A stretch of DNA of 64,000 nt from contig JAITVV010000007.1 in NCBI GenBank assembly GCA_031285625.1, forward strand, positions 1 to 64,000. Direction: 5' to 3'. Position numbers and translations under genes: made by a program. Origin of the DNA: Prevotella sp. (GTDB taxonomy: Bacteria; Bacteroidota; Bacteroidia; Bacteroidales; Dysgonomonadaceae). The notes under the pieces are model-generated. The model was not told the DNA's origin. It saw only the letters and a program-made list of their open reading frames with translations, and did not search any database. Of this stretch, positions 9,129-19,711 are shown piece after piece (the stretch's first letter is position 1; every line of letters starts with the position of its first letter).

Positions 9129-12100
9129 ATGTCAACTATGAAACGTGTAATTTTTGCCTTTCTGGTTATATTTATGTGCTCGACAATAACGATGTCGGCT
9201 CAAAGAGTAACTATGAACCTCCAGCAAGTAAAGCTGGAAAAAGTCTTATCAACAATTGCAGAGCAAACAGGTTATACCTTTGCTTATAGCCAACCGGTAG
9301 TAAATATAGACAAGATTGTGAGCATTGAAGTAACAGACACAGAGTTGCCTCAAGTCTTACAAAAAGTTTTTTCCGGTACAAATATCTCATATGAGATAAA
9401 TAATAAAAAGATATTACTTTCAGAAAAGAAAGAAGGAGATCAGGACAATACACCTGTACAACAATCACAAAGAATTACTGTTAAAGGTATTGCTATTGAT
9501 GCAAATGGCGAACCACTGATTGGTGCCAGTGTATCAGAAAAAGGAACTACAAACGGAACAATGACCGGAATTGATGGTGACTATACACTCTCAGTACCGG
9601 CAAATGCTACACTTGTAATCACTTATGTAGGTTACCTTCCTCAAGAGATAGCATTGAATGGACAAACAAGCGTCGATTTTACTTTAAAAGAAGATTCTCA
9701 GATGCTTGATGAAATTGTTGTTACAGCTCTGGGTATTAAAAAGAAAGAAAAATCCCTGACTTACTCTACACAGCAGGTTGGAAATGATGACCTCACTAGA
9801 GTAAAAGATCCGAATATGATCAATGCCCTTGCAGGTAAAACTGCCGGTGTACAAATAAATAAGAGTTCTTCCGGTTTGGGAGGTTCATCTAAAGTTGTTA
9901 TCCGCGGGGGACGCTCTCTATCAGGTAACAATCAACCATTATATGTCATTGATGGTATGCCTATGTCAAATAGTTCGAATGAGCAACCATTAACTGTACT
10001 GGGAGGTACAAATGATGCGGGAGGACGTGATTCAGGAGATGGTATAGCCAATCTTAACCCTGATGATATCGAAAGCATGAACATACTGAAAGGCCCTGCT
10101 GCCGCAGCTCTTTATGGTTCGGAAGCTGCCAATGGTGTTATATTGATTACAACTAAAAAGGGAAAGGCAGGAGCTACAAAAATAGATTTCTCCAGTAACC
10201 TTATGTTAGATTACGCTTTTGAGACACCTGATCTTCAGAAAAAATATAATGGCAACTGGGGTGAAAAACTTTCAGGAGGAGGTCACAACAATGTGAAAGA
10301 TTTCTTTAATACAGGTACCACATTTACCAACTCTATTGCTTTGAGTACAGGCTCGGAGAAAATGCAAACTTACTTCTCTTATGCAAACACGTCCGGACAT
10401 GGTATTGTACCAAATAACTCAATGATGAAACATAATCTGAACTTCAGGGAAACTGCCAAGTTCTTCGATGATAGATTATCACTCGACGCCAATGTGAACC
10501 TAATGAATCAAACTATTAAAAACAGGCCTGTAGCGGGTGGATATTATATGAATCCATTAGTGGGTTTATACAGATTCCCACAAGGACAGAAGCTATCCGA
10601 TTATGAAGGGGACGGCAGATTTATTTTCAATAAAGACAGAAATCTGAATGAGCAAAATTGGTATGATTTCAGTGAGAAAAATCAAAACCCATACTGGCTA
10701 ACATCAATGATACCTAGCAGCGATAAGAGAAATCGTGTTATTGCATCATTAACAGCTAACTTAAAAGTTACCGATTGGCTGGGATTCCAGGCCAGAGGTA
10801 GTGCAGACTTTGCTTCTGACAGATATTGGCAAAAAATGTATGTGGGCACACATACTGCATTAGCAAAGGGTGGTAATGGACGCTATATCAGATATACAGG
10901 TGAGCAGATGATTACATATGGAGACGTTATGGCAACACTTACACCAAACCTGAAAGGACCTTGGGGATTACAAGCCACAATAGGGGCAAGTATTAAAGAT
11001 GAGTACTATAAATCTGAACGTTTCGATTCTAACCCTGGAGGTATGAAATATGCCAATGTATTTACACTTCAAAATCTAATATCTGTTGAAGCTACAGCAA
11101 CTCCTATAGACAATCATTCTCAGATGCAATCGGTATTTGGAACAGCACAACTTAGCTTTAATGATTATCTATTCCTCGATGTTACTGCTCGTAATGACTG
11201 GTCTTCAAATCTGGCATTTACAAATAGTACAAGTTTCTTTTACCCATCAGTAGGTTTAACCGCCGTATTATCTGATATGGTTCAGTTACCTAAAGCAATA
11301 TCTTTTGCTAAATTAAGAGGAGCATGGAGCCAGGTAGGTAATACAGTACCTATTTACTCGCCAGGCCCTGCCGGATCAATGGCATCTGATGGAGGGTACC
11401 TTGAAAGTGAAAATGAACCTTTCGGAGATCTGAAACCGGAAAAAACAACATCGATAGAAGTTGGTACAGAATGGCGTTTTTTACAAAACAGAATAGACTT
11501 TGATTTCACATACTATAAAACCAACACCAAGAATCAGTTCTTCTTAGTTCCGGCTCCGGCAGGATCAGGATACGTATACAGAGGTATTAACGGTGGTGAC
11601 ATTCAAAATCAAGGTATTGAAATTATGATTGGAGGAAGCCCGGTTATGACAGACGCCTTTATGTGGAAAACTTCATTTAATTACTCTTTAAATAAAAATA
11701 AAGTAAAAAAATTACATCCAGACTTGCCTTCATTCATTTTAGGAAATAAAACCCAAACAGGAAACTATCAGATGGTAGTTACAGAAGGAGGATCGGTAGG
11801 TGATATTTACGGCATTGGTTATCAGAGGGATGATAATGGTAATATACTTTACGAAAACGGCCTGCCTCTAAGAACAAGCGCTTTGCAAAAAGTAGGAAAC
11901 TCTGCACCTAAATATAATCTCGGATGGTCAAATACTTTCACGTATAAAAATATTATCCTAAATTTCTTAATTGATATGAGAGTAGGTGGAGATGTATTAT
12001 CAATCACACAAGCAGACCTTGATTATAGAGGCTCTACCCAAGTCACAGCAGATGCCAGAGACCAAGGTTATGTAATGCTGGAAGGCACAAAGATTAATGA

Positions 12101-12416
12101 TGTAAAAGGTTTTTATCAGGCAGTTAGCTCTGAATTCGGCGCAGGATTAACAGAACATTATATGTATGATGCTACAAATATCAGACTTCGTGAATTATCA
12201 ATCGGATATCGCTTTAGTCCAAAACTGTTATTGAAAACGAAAACTATAAAAGGAGCAGAATTGGCATTTGTTGCAAGAAACCTATTCTTCTTCAAAAACA
12301 ATGCACCTTTCGATCCGGATGCAATCTTATCTACAGGAAATGATTTGCAAGGTGTCGACGCATTTGGTATGCCATCTACACGTAGCTTCGGATTTAACCT
12401 AAAACTTAGTTTCTAA
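9129..12416 (+). CDS. SusC/RagA TonB-dependent transporter with N-terminal STN signalling domain
   Basis: LDEIVVTALG, NQPLYVIDG, DIESMNILKGPAAAALYGSEAANGVILITTKKG, C-terminal F; start 9129 or 9138. Confidence 0.95.
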   Translation: MSTMKRVIFAFLVIFMCSTITMSAQRVTMNLQQVKLEKVLSTIAEQTGYTFAYSQPVVNIDKIVSIEVTDTELPQVLQKVFSGTNISYEINNKKILLSEKKEGDQDNTPVQQSQRITVKGIAIDANGEPLIGASVSEKGTTNGTMTGIDGDYTLSVPANATLVITYVGYLPQEIALNGQTSVDFTLKEDSQMLDEIVVTALGIKKKEKSLTYSTQQVGNDDLTRVKDPNMINALAGKTAGVQINKSSSGLGGSSKVVIRGGRSLSGNNQPLYVIDGMPMSNSSNEQPLTVLGGTNDAGGRDSGDGIANLNPDDIESMNILKGPAAAALYGSEAANGVILITTKKGKAGATKIDFSSNLMLDYAFETPDLQKKYNGNWGEKLSGGGHNNVKDFFNTGTTFTNSIALSTGSEKMQTYFSYANTSGHGIVPNNSMMKHNLNFRETAKFFDDRLSLDANVNLMNQTIKNRPVAGGYYMNPLVGLYRFPQGQKLSDYEGDGRFIFNKDRNLNEQNWYDFSEKNQNPYWLTSMIPSSDKRNRVIASLTANLKVTDWLGFQARGSADFASDRYWQKMYVGTHTALAKGGNGRYIRYTGEQMITYGDVMATLTPNLKGPWGLQATIGASIKDEYYKSERFDSNPGGMKYANVFTLQNLISVEATATPIDNHSQMQSVFGTAQLSFNDYLFLDVTARNDWSSNLAFTNSTSFFYPSVGLTAVLSDMVQLPKAISFAKLRGAWSQVGNTVPIYSPGPAGSMASDGGYLESENEPFGDLKPEKTTSIEVGTEWRFLQNRIDFDFTYYKTNTKNQFFLVPAPAGSGYVYRGINGGDIQNQGIEIMIGGSPVMTDAFMWKTSFNYSLNKNKVKKLHPDLPSFILGNKTQTGNYQMVVTEGGSVGDIYGIGYQRDDNGNILYENGLPLRTSALQKVGNSAPKYNLGWSNTFTYKNIILNFLIDMRVGGDVLSITQADLDYRGSTQVTADARDQGYVMLEGTKINDVKGFYQAVSSEFGAGLTEHYMYDATNIRLRELSIGYRFSPKLLLKTKTIKGAELAFVARNLFFFKNNAPFDPDAILSTGNDLQGVDAFGMPSTRSFGFNLKLSF

Positions 12417-12434
12417 TACAATAATAATAACGTT

Positions 12435-14024
12435 ATGAAAAAAATATTCAAATATATTTGCTTATTGGTTTTACCGATAACAATAACATTGATGCCTTCA
12501 TGTACAGATGGATTTGAGGATATGAATAAATCCGGACAAGGTATATATGATGATGATATGCTTCCAGATGACAATCTGGTTGGCGCTTACTTCCCGGGAT
12601 TTCAAGCCAGCGTATACTTCAACTATAACTATGGGGCAGGTACAGATTGGACATTCCAATTATATCAGAATCTGAATTCGGATATGTTCTCGGGATATAT
12701 GTCCTCTCCAAGTTTTGGTGTTTCTTCAAATCTTACCTATGCAATGAACGACGGATGGAATTCATATGCCTGGACCACATCTAATGGTTACACAATGGCC
12801 AACTTCATGAAAATGGAAAGAAAAGCTAAAACCTATGAGAATCTTGATGTATATACAAAATGGGGTAAAATATTAAAGGTTGCTGCGATGCACAGGGTAG
12901 CAGACCTTTACGGACCGATAATATATTCAGATTATGGTAAATCGGACCTCGGAGCGGCTTATGATGATGTAAAAACTTTATATACCCAATTCTTTGCGGA
13001 TTTGGACGAAGGTATTGCAGGACTGGAAGCATATGAAACAGCAAATCCTGAAAATGCAAGATTCGTAAGAGTTGACAATATCTATGGTGCTAGTATGATC
13101 CAATGGGTTAAGTTTGCCAATTCACTTAGGCTAAAACTAGCTATGAATATTGTAAAAGCTGATCCTGCTAAAGCAAAAGAAGAAGCAGAAAAAGCAATCA
13201 ATCATAAATGGGGGGTTCTTGAAGCTCCTTCCGATATTGCAAAAGTATCTAATATGGCGAATCCTGTTGCTACAATAAGCAACTGGGGAGACTGTGCGAT
13301 GAGTGCCGATATGGAATCAATACTAAAAGGATACGAAGACCCTCGTCTTGAAAAATATTTTTTACCGGCAACAAACCCGAAAATCAAAGGTGAGTATAAA
13401 GGTATTCGTTTAGGTACAGGAGTTGATCGTGAAATTTACGCAAATAGTTCAGCACTGAATGTTACTGTAAGTACACCTCCAGTATTACTAAGCCCCGCCG
13501 AAGTATATTTCTTGAGAGCAGAAGGTGCACTTAGAGGCTGGGATATGAAAGGAACGGCTAAAGAGTTGTATGAAAAAGGAGTAACAGCATCATTTGACCA
13601 GTATGGTATCAGTGGCGCTAGCACTTACTTAACATCAACAGCACTCCCGGCAAAATATGAAGATAAGATTGTACCAGCTAATAGTCATGATGCGGTAAAC
13701 TTAGTTACTCCTGCATGGGTTGAAAGTGATAATAATGAGGTGAAACTACAAAAAATAATGACTCAAAAATGGATTGCCATGTTCCCTGATGGAAGTCCGG
13801 CATGGACAGACTATCGCCGCACAGGATATCCTAAACTATTCCCTGTAGTAAAAAATAATAGCCAGGGAATTGTCTCCACAGAATTGGGACCTCGCCGATT
13901 ACCATTCCCTAGTTCGGAAGCAGTAGATAATGCAACAAACTATGCAGATGGTGTAAGCAAACTAGGAGGAGCCGATAATGCAGGTACCCGTTTATGGTGG
14001 GATGTGAATAAAGCCAATTTCTAA
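12435..14024 (+). CDS. SusD/RagB lipoprotein
   Basis: Lipobox MPSC; WVKFANSLRL, EVYFLRAE, QKWIAMFP, AWTDYRRTGYP, RLWWD. Confidence 0.93.
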   Translation: MKKIFKYICLLVLPITITLMPSCTDGFEDMNKSGQGIYDDDMLPDDNLVGAYFPGFQASVYFNYNYGAGTDWTFQLYQNLNSDMFSGYMSSPSFGVSSNLTYAMNDGWNSYAWTTSNGYTMANFMKMERKAKTYENLDVYTKWGKILKVAAMHRVADLYGPIIYSDYGKSDLGAAYDDVKTLYTQFFADLDEGIAGLEAYETANPENARFVRVDNIYGASMIQWVKFANSLRLKLAMNIVKADPAKAKEEAEKAINHKWGVLEAPSDIAKVSNMANPVATISNWGDCAMSADMESILKGYEDPRLEKYFLPATNPKIKGEYKGIRLGTGVDREIYANSSALNVTVSTPPVLLSPAEVYFLRAEGALRGWDMKGTAKELYEKGVTASFDQYGISGASTYLTSTALPAKYEDKIVPANSHDAVNLVTPAWVESDNNEVKLQKIMTQKWIAMFPDGSPAWTDYRRTGYPKLFPVVKNNSQGIVSTELGPRRLPFPSSEAVDNATNYADGVSKLGGADNAGTRLWWDVNKANF

Positions 14025-14036
14025 AATAAAAATAGT

Positions 14037-14076
14037 AAAGGGGAATGTAGGATTCTGTAATCTTACATTCTCTTTT
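14037..14076 (+). terminator. Hairpin between susD and GH2
   Basis: GAATGTAGGATT-CTGT-AATCTTACATTC followed by T-rich tail. Confidence 0.55.
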
Positions 14077-14148
14077 AAGAATTAAATAATTTTCTGTAAG
14101 TTTACATCCTATATCGAATCTACAGATAAATTATTCAAAATTAATACT

Positions 14149-16773
14149 ATGGCTCACAAAAACCTACTTCTTATCTTATCTACCTTATGTATTCTCTTTA
14201 CTATCAGTTCATGTAGCCAAAAGGAGGAGAATATGTATCAAAAAATCAATTTGGCTACTAATTGGAATATCCGGCATACGGATAGTATAAAAAGTACAGG
14301 AGATATAATCTCCACTCCTCAACAGTCAGTTGTAGACTGGTATAAAGCTAGTGTTCCCTCTACAGTAATGGGGACTCTTACAGCAAACGGACTCTATCCT
14401 GATTTATTTACAGGTAATAATATCAAGGATATAGACAGGAGCCTGTTTGACAAATCTTTCTGGTACCGTAATGAGTTTACATTACCTCAGCTAAGTAAAG
14501 ATCAACATGTAACACTAAATTTTGACGGTATATCATACTATGCTAATATCTGGTTAAATGGAAAACTTATCGCTTCCCGCGATTCTGTTTATGGAGCATT
14601 TCGCCATTTTTCTTATGATATAACTCCTCATATACAAGCAAATAATGTTCTGGCTGTCGAAGTCTTCAGAGCTGGAGCTGGCGATCCGAATATCGGATTT
14701 GCAGACTGGAACCCACGTCCCGCTGACGAGAATATGGGTATATACAGAAATGTATCACTTTCTATTACAGGAAATATAAAATTAAAAAACACATACGTAC
14801 AACCAAAAGTAAATACTGCTACTCTGGATGAAGCATGGCTCATGATAGAAACAGAAGTAGAGAATCTTACTGACAGTGAAATTTCGGGAGAGTTGATAGG
14901 AACTATTGAATCAAGAGAATTTTCATATCCAGTAATATTGGCACCTAAAGAAAAGAAGAAAGTAAAAATCACTTCAGAAGAGGCTGCTATACTTCACATG
15001 AAAAATCCACGTCTGTGGTGGTGTAATAATATGGGGAAACCCGAACTGTATAACCTAAGTTTGAAATTCAAATCCGGAGATATAGTTTCAGATAAAGATG
15101 ATGTAACATTCGGCGTCCGGGAAATAGAATCCTATCTTACCGAAAAAGGTTATAGAGGCTTTAAGCTGAATGGAAAAAATGTATTACTAAAATCGGCTGG
15201 TTGGACAGACGATATTTTCTTGCGCGACACGCCCGAAAGTAATGAAATACAGGTACAATATGTGAAAGATATGAATATGAATATGATCCGCTTTGAAAGT
15301 TTTTGGGGAACAAGTTCTAATATCTATGATCTATGTGATAAGTATGGCTTAATGGCTGTTGTAGGATGGAGTTGCCAATGGGAATGGGAAGCATACTATG
15401 GTAAGCCTTGCGATGATATGTACGGGTGCATTCTCACTGATGAAGAAATAGACCTTATTGCAGAATCTTTTGCCACACAGGTGCTATGGCTGCGTAATCA
15501 TCCGAGTATTATATCATGGATGCCCGGAAGCGATATGCTGCCAACCCCAAAACTGGAAGAGAAATACCTGGCTTTCCTTAAAGAATCAGATAACCGAATC
15601 TATGTTGGAGCAGCAAAAGAACGTACTAGTGAACTTTCCGGTAAAACAGGGACTAAAATGGCCGGGCCTTACGAATATGTCGGTCCGAACTATTGGTATA
15701 TAGATACTTTATATGGCGGAGCATTCGGCTACAATACCGAAACAGGTATAGGAGCACAACTACCAGTACTAGAATCCGTAAAAAAATTCATTCCTGAAAA
15801 TAAACTATGGCCAATAAGTGAAGCATGGGATTATCATTGTACAACATCTACAAGTGCAATGAATACACTAAAAGTACTTACTGCTGTTATAAATGATAAA
15901 TATGGGCAAGCAAAGAATCTGGAAGATTATATGATGAAGGCAGATCTTGTAAACTACGATGGCACACGAGCAATGTTTGAGGCTTTTAGAGTAAATCTTG
16001 GTAATACTACAGGTATTGTTCAATGGATGTTAAATTCTGCATGGCCCTCTCTATACTGGCAGATGTATGACTATTACAAAGTACCTACGGCAGCGTATTA
16101 CTCTGTAAAGAAAGGTAACCAACCTTTACAACTTATCTATAATTACGGCAATAACAGTGTATATGTTGTCAATGAATTAGTGGAAGACATTAGTAGCTAC
16201 AAAGTTATTATACAAACGTTCGAGATTAATTCGAAGCTAAAGGAAAAGAAGGAAATTACACTTGATGTTAAAAGTAATAGTTCGGTTCAGATTCTACAAT
16301 TACCAATTCTTACCGAAAATATATTCCTATCATTAGAAATATTGGACAAAGAAGGTAAGGCTATTGCTGATAATTTCTATTGTTTATCATCAAAACAGGA
16401 CGAATACTATTGGGATAAGACAGATTGGGTACACACTCCGGCCAAAAGCTACAGTGATTTCAAAAACCTCTCATCTCTTGAAACTGTAAAATTGAATATA
16501 AAAACATCTAAAGCCGAAACAGATAATGATATAACCTATGCTGTAAGTATTGAAAATCCATCTCAGACAATAGCATTCTTTGTTAATATAAAAATGAAAG
16601 ATAATAAAGGTGAAATGGTTGTTCCTGTTTTCTGGTCTGAAAATTACATCAGTTTATTGCCTGGTCAGAAAAAAATAATTGAATGCAAAATAGATAAAGA
16701 TATCATTAACGGAAAAGGTCTAAAGATCGAAGCTAAAGGCTGGAATAGCCCTTTATCTGAAATTAATTTATAG
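14149..16773 (+). CDS. GH2 glycoside hydrolase, CsxA-like exo-beta-D-glucosaminidase/beta-mannosidase subgroup, lipoprotein
   Basis: FDGISYYANIWLNG, PRLWWCNNMGKPELY, LRNHPSI, GTKMAGPYEYVGPNYWY, WMLNSAWPSLYWQMYDYY. Confidence 0.85.
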   Translation: MAHKNLLLILSTLCILFTISSCSQKEENMYQKINLATNWNIRHTDSIKSTGDIISTPQQSVVDWYKASVPSTVMGTLTANGLYPDLFTGNNIKDIDRSLFDKSFWYRNEFTLPQLSKDQHVTLNFDGISYYANIWLNGKLIASRDSVYGAFRHFSYDITPHIQANNVLAVEVFRAGAGDPNIGFADWNPRPADENMGIYRNVSLSITGNIKLKNTYVQPKVNTATLDEAWLMIETEVENLTDSEISGELIGTIESREFSYPVILAPKEKKKVKITSEEAAILHMKNPRLWWCNNMGKPELYNLSLKFKSGDIVSDKDDVTFGVREIESYLTEKGYRGFKLNGKNVLLKSAGWTDDIFLRDTPESNEIQVQYVKDMNMNMIRFESFWGTSSNIYDLCDKYGLMAVVGWSCQWEWEAYYGKPCDDMYGCILTDEEIDLIAESFATQVLWLRNHPSIISWMPGSDMLPTPKLEEKYLAFLKESDNRIYVGAAKERTSELSGKTGTKMAGPYEYVGPNYWYIDTLYGGAFGYNTETGIGAQLPVLESVKKFIPENKLWPISEAWDYHCTTSTSAMNTLKVLTAVINDKYGQAKNLEDYMMKADLVNYDGTRAMFEAFRVNLGNTTGIVQWMLNSAWPSLYWQMYDYYKVPTAAYYSVKKGNQPLQLIYNYGNNSVYVVNELVEDISSYKVIIQTFEINSKLKEKKEITLDVKSNSSVQILQLPILTENIFLSLEILDKEGKAIADNFYCLSSKQDEYYWDKTDWVHTPAKSYSDFKNLSSLETVKLNIKTSKAETDNDITYAVSIENPSQTIAFFVNIKMKDNKGEMVVPVFWSENYISLLPGQKKIIECKIDKDIINGKGLKIEAKGWNSPLSEINL

Positions 16774-16824
16774 ATTCTGGTTCTACACTTTCAAAGCTAA
16801 CTACTCTTGATGTCAGTAGTTAAA

Positions 16825-16853
16825 AAAGGGATACTTGCGACAAGTATCCCTTT
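16825..16853. terminator. Bidirectional terminator between convergent genes
   Basis: Perfect AAAGGGATACTTG-CGA-CAAGTATCCCTTT. Confidence 0.85.
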
Positions 16854-16878
16854 ATGTATTAAAATCATAAGATTCTCT

Positions 16879-17331
16879 TTATTTAAGGAATTTACCTAAA
16901 ATATCCCCTATAACACCACCTGGTCCTGAATTACCTCCTGTAAAAGACTGAAGTAATGATCCGAAATCGAAGGAATCGTTTGGATCATTTGATTTTTTGG
17001 ACAAGAGAGCCATCAAAGCCGGAACAACCGTAGAAGCAATTGTATTTGCTATAGCAGGACTTAAGCCGACTTTACTACTTAATGCAGAAACAACTGAAGC
17101 CTGAATAGAATTTACAATAGGATTACTGGCTACAGATGAAGATGAAGAGTCGCCTCCAAAAAGGCCCATAATAGAAGATACATTATCCAAACTAAGATTA
17201 TCTTTCAATCCGTCTACGATTGTAGATGCGGTAGTTTCTACTGCTGCATCTTGTTTATCGGCAGGAACGCCTGCATTTGCCACAGCTCCCTGAGCATGAT
17301 CTTTAATTAGATCCAAAATTCCATCTAACAT
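16879..17331 (-). CDS. Conserved hypothetical protein (DUF937-like)
   Basis: ATG at 17331 (MLDGILDLIK); Gly/Ser-rich helical protein ending ILGKFLK. Confidence 0.7.
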   Translation of the reverse strand: MLDGILDLIKDHAQGAVANAGVPADKQDAAVETTASTIVDGLKDNLSLDNVSSIMGLFGGDSSSSSVASNPIVNSIQASVVSALSSKVGLSPAIANTIASTVVPALMALLSKKSNDPNDSFDFGSLLQSFTGGNSGPGGVIGDILGKFLK

Positions 17332-17461
17332 ACTAGTAATAATTAAAGTGTGATTTTTATTTGTGTAATTTATATTTATACGATTATTTAGTTCTAATAA
17401 AACGGTAGCCAAATTGATACTTGGAATAGTATTATAACAAATAAATAAGGAAAACGTTTAG

Positions 17462-18553
17462 TTAATTCGGAGCTTTGGTGTAAAGATATGCAGCGATAAA
17501 GATGAACACTATATTAGGAACCCATACAGCAAGCATTGGAGACATAGTACCTGATACAGCAAAAGAAGAACTTACTGTTTGAAACATGATATATGTTACA
17601 CTCAAACCTAAACCGATACCAATATTCAGTCCCATCCCACCCTTCATTTTCCGGGCTGACAAGGAGGCTCCGATAATGGTAAGGATAAACGCAGAGAAAA
17701 TAGAAGCAAATCGTTTATGAAACTCAATCTCGAATTGAGTAAGACTAACCCCGCCCATATTAGCAAGCCCTTTTGCTTTCTGGCGCTGTATGTATGAATA
17801 GAGTTTTGGGGTTGTCATTTGTTCAAAGTCGTTCACTGATACAAGAAAATCGCTGGGAATAACATTTAATGTGGTATCCAATCTTGCACCTGTCGTTATT
17901 TCTTCTTTCATTCCGTGAAACTCACGTATCGAATAGTTATTCAAAACCCAATGATAAGCTGTATCATATTCAATTGTACTGGCTACTAATCTTGATTTTA
18001 ATTCTTTTTCTTCAAATTTATCAAGTGAAAGATTATAACCTCGCCGTGTTTTATTATCAAAACGTTCTATGTAAAGGATAACCCCTTTGTCAACCTGCAT
18101 CTGTATCCGGCTGGCATAGTCAACACTCTTGTCTTTAATATACTTATTTTGGAATTTAATACGCGTTTCATTCGCTGGCGGGATAATAAAACTGCTCAAT
18201 ATAAAAGAGCATATAGCAATAATTCCAGCCGATATCATGTAAGGTTTCATCAAACGCCTAAAACTCATCCCATTCGATAACATTGCTATAATCTCCGAGT
18301 TATCAGCCAGTTTGGAAGTAAAAAATATAACTGCTATAAATACGAATAAAGCACTGAAAAGATTAGTATAATATGGTACAAAATTTACATAATAATCAAA
18401 TACTATGGCTTTTAAAGGAGCATTATTGCTTAAGAACTTATCTAAGCGTTCATTGATATCAAATACTACCGAGATAGATATAATAAGAGCTATCGAGAAA
18501 ATATAAGTTCCCAAAAACTTCTTGATTATATATTTGTCAAGTATTGATAGCAT
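17462..18553 (-). CDS. LptF/LptG family LPS export permease
   Basis: ILDKYIIKKFL start, SEIIAMLSNGMS, 3+3 TM layout. Confidence 0.92.
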   Translation of the reverse strand: MLSILDKYIIKKFLGTYIFSIALIISISVVFDINERLDKFLSNNAPLKAIVFDYYVNFVPYYTNLFSALFVFIAVIFFTSKLADNSEIIAMLSNGMSFRRLMKPYMISAGIIAICSFILSSFIIPPANETRIKFQNKYIKDKSVDYASRIQMQVDKGVILYIERFDNKTRRGYNLSLDKFEEKELKSRLVASTIEYDTAYHWVLNNYSIREFHGMKEEITTGARLDTTLNVIPSDFLVSVNDFEQMTTPKLYSYIQRQKAKGLANMGGVSLTQFEIEFHKRFASIFSAFILTIIGASLSARKMKGGMGLNIGIGLGLSVTYIMFQTVSSSFAVSGTMSPMLAVWVPNIVFIFIAAYLYTKAPN

Positions 18554-18569
18554 TCTTATTTGTTATTAC

Positions 18570-19700
18570 TTATATTCTTCTCGAAACATTTTCTATCATC
18601 GATTTCTTCCATACAGAGAAGTCACCTTCAACAATATGCTTTCGCGCCTCTCCTACTAACCATAGATAAAATCCCAGATTGTGAATAGAAGCTATTTGCA
18701 AAGCTAATATTTCATTTGTAATAAACAGATGACGAAGGTAGGCTTTTGTATATAAAGTGTCAACAAATGATGCTCCATCCTCTTCGATAGGAGAAAAATC
18801 TGTTGCCCATCTCTTATTACGCATATTCATAATACCATTGCGGGTAAATATCTGACCATTACGACCGTTTCGCGTAGGCATGATACAGTCAAACATATCT
18901 ACTCCCCTTTCGATAGCTTCGAGGATATTAGCCGGAGTACCGACTCCCATCAAATAACGTGGCTTGTCTTTAGGTAGTATTTCGTTTACCACTTCTATCA
19001 TTTCATACATTTTTTCAGTAGGTTCCCCTACTGCTAATCCGCCAATTGCGTTTCCATCAGCATCTTTAGATGCTACGTTTTCTGCTGCGCGACGACGCAA
19101 ATCCGGATATACACAGCCCTGCACTATAGGAAAAAGCGTTTGCTTATAACCATATTGACATTCGGTATTATTAAATTGCTTTATGCACCTGTCGAGCCAT
19201 CTTTCAGTCAGATCAAGAGATTTTTTCGCATAATTGTAGTCTGCATCACCAGGTGTACATTCATCAAAGGCCATAATAATATCAGCACCAATAATCCGTT
19301 GGATATCCATTACGGATTCGGGTGTAAAGAAATGCTTCGAACCATCGATATGTGAACGGAAAATAGCGCCTTCTTCTGTTAATCTTCTATTCTCAGCTAA
19401 TGAGAACACCTGAAATCCCCCACTATCGGTCAATATAGGTCTATTCCAACTATTAAACTGATGCAATCCTCCTGCTTGTTGCAAAATATCCAGTCCCGGT
19501 CGCAGGTACAAGTGGTAAGTATTTCCCAAAATTATTTGAGCATGTATATCATTTTCCAGTTCTGTCATATGAACAGCTTTAACTGCTCCTTGTGTTCCAA
19601 CCGGCATAAATATAGGTGTCTCTATTTGTCCATGATCTGTCGTTATTAAGCCTGCCCTGGCATTAGACTGATCATCTGTATATTGAAGTTCAAAATTCAT
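18570..19700 (-). CDS. tgt: Queuine tRNA-ribosyltransferase
   Basis: TPIFMPVGT, NTYHLYLRPG, TDSGGFQVFSL, DMFDCIMPTRNGRNG. Confidence 0.97.
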   Translation of the reverse strand: MNFELQYTDDQSNARAGLITTDHGQIETPIFMPVGTQGAVKAVHMTELENDIHAQIILGNTYHLYLRPGLDILQQAGGLHQFNSWNRPILTDSGGFQVFSLAENRRLTEEGAIFRSHIDGSKHFFTPESVMDIQRIIGADIIMAFDECTPGDADYNYAKKSLDLTERWLDRCIKQFNNTECQYGYKQTLFPIVQGCVYPDLRRRAAENVASKDADGNAIGGLAVGEPTEKMYEMIEVVNEILPKDKPRYLMGVGTPANILEAIERGVDMFDCIMPTRNGRNGQIFTRNGIMNMRNKRWATDFSPIEEDGASFVDTLYTKAYLRHLFITNEILALQIASIHNLGFYLWLVGEARKHIVEGDFSVWKKSMIENVSRRI

Positions 19701-19711
19701 CGATATAATTT

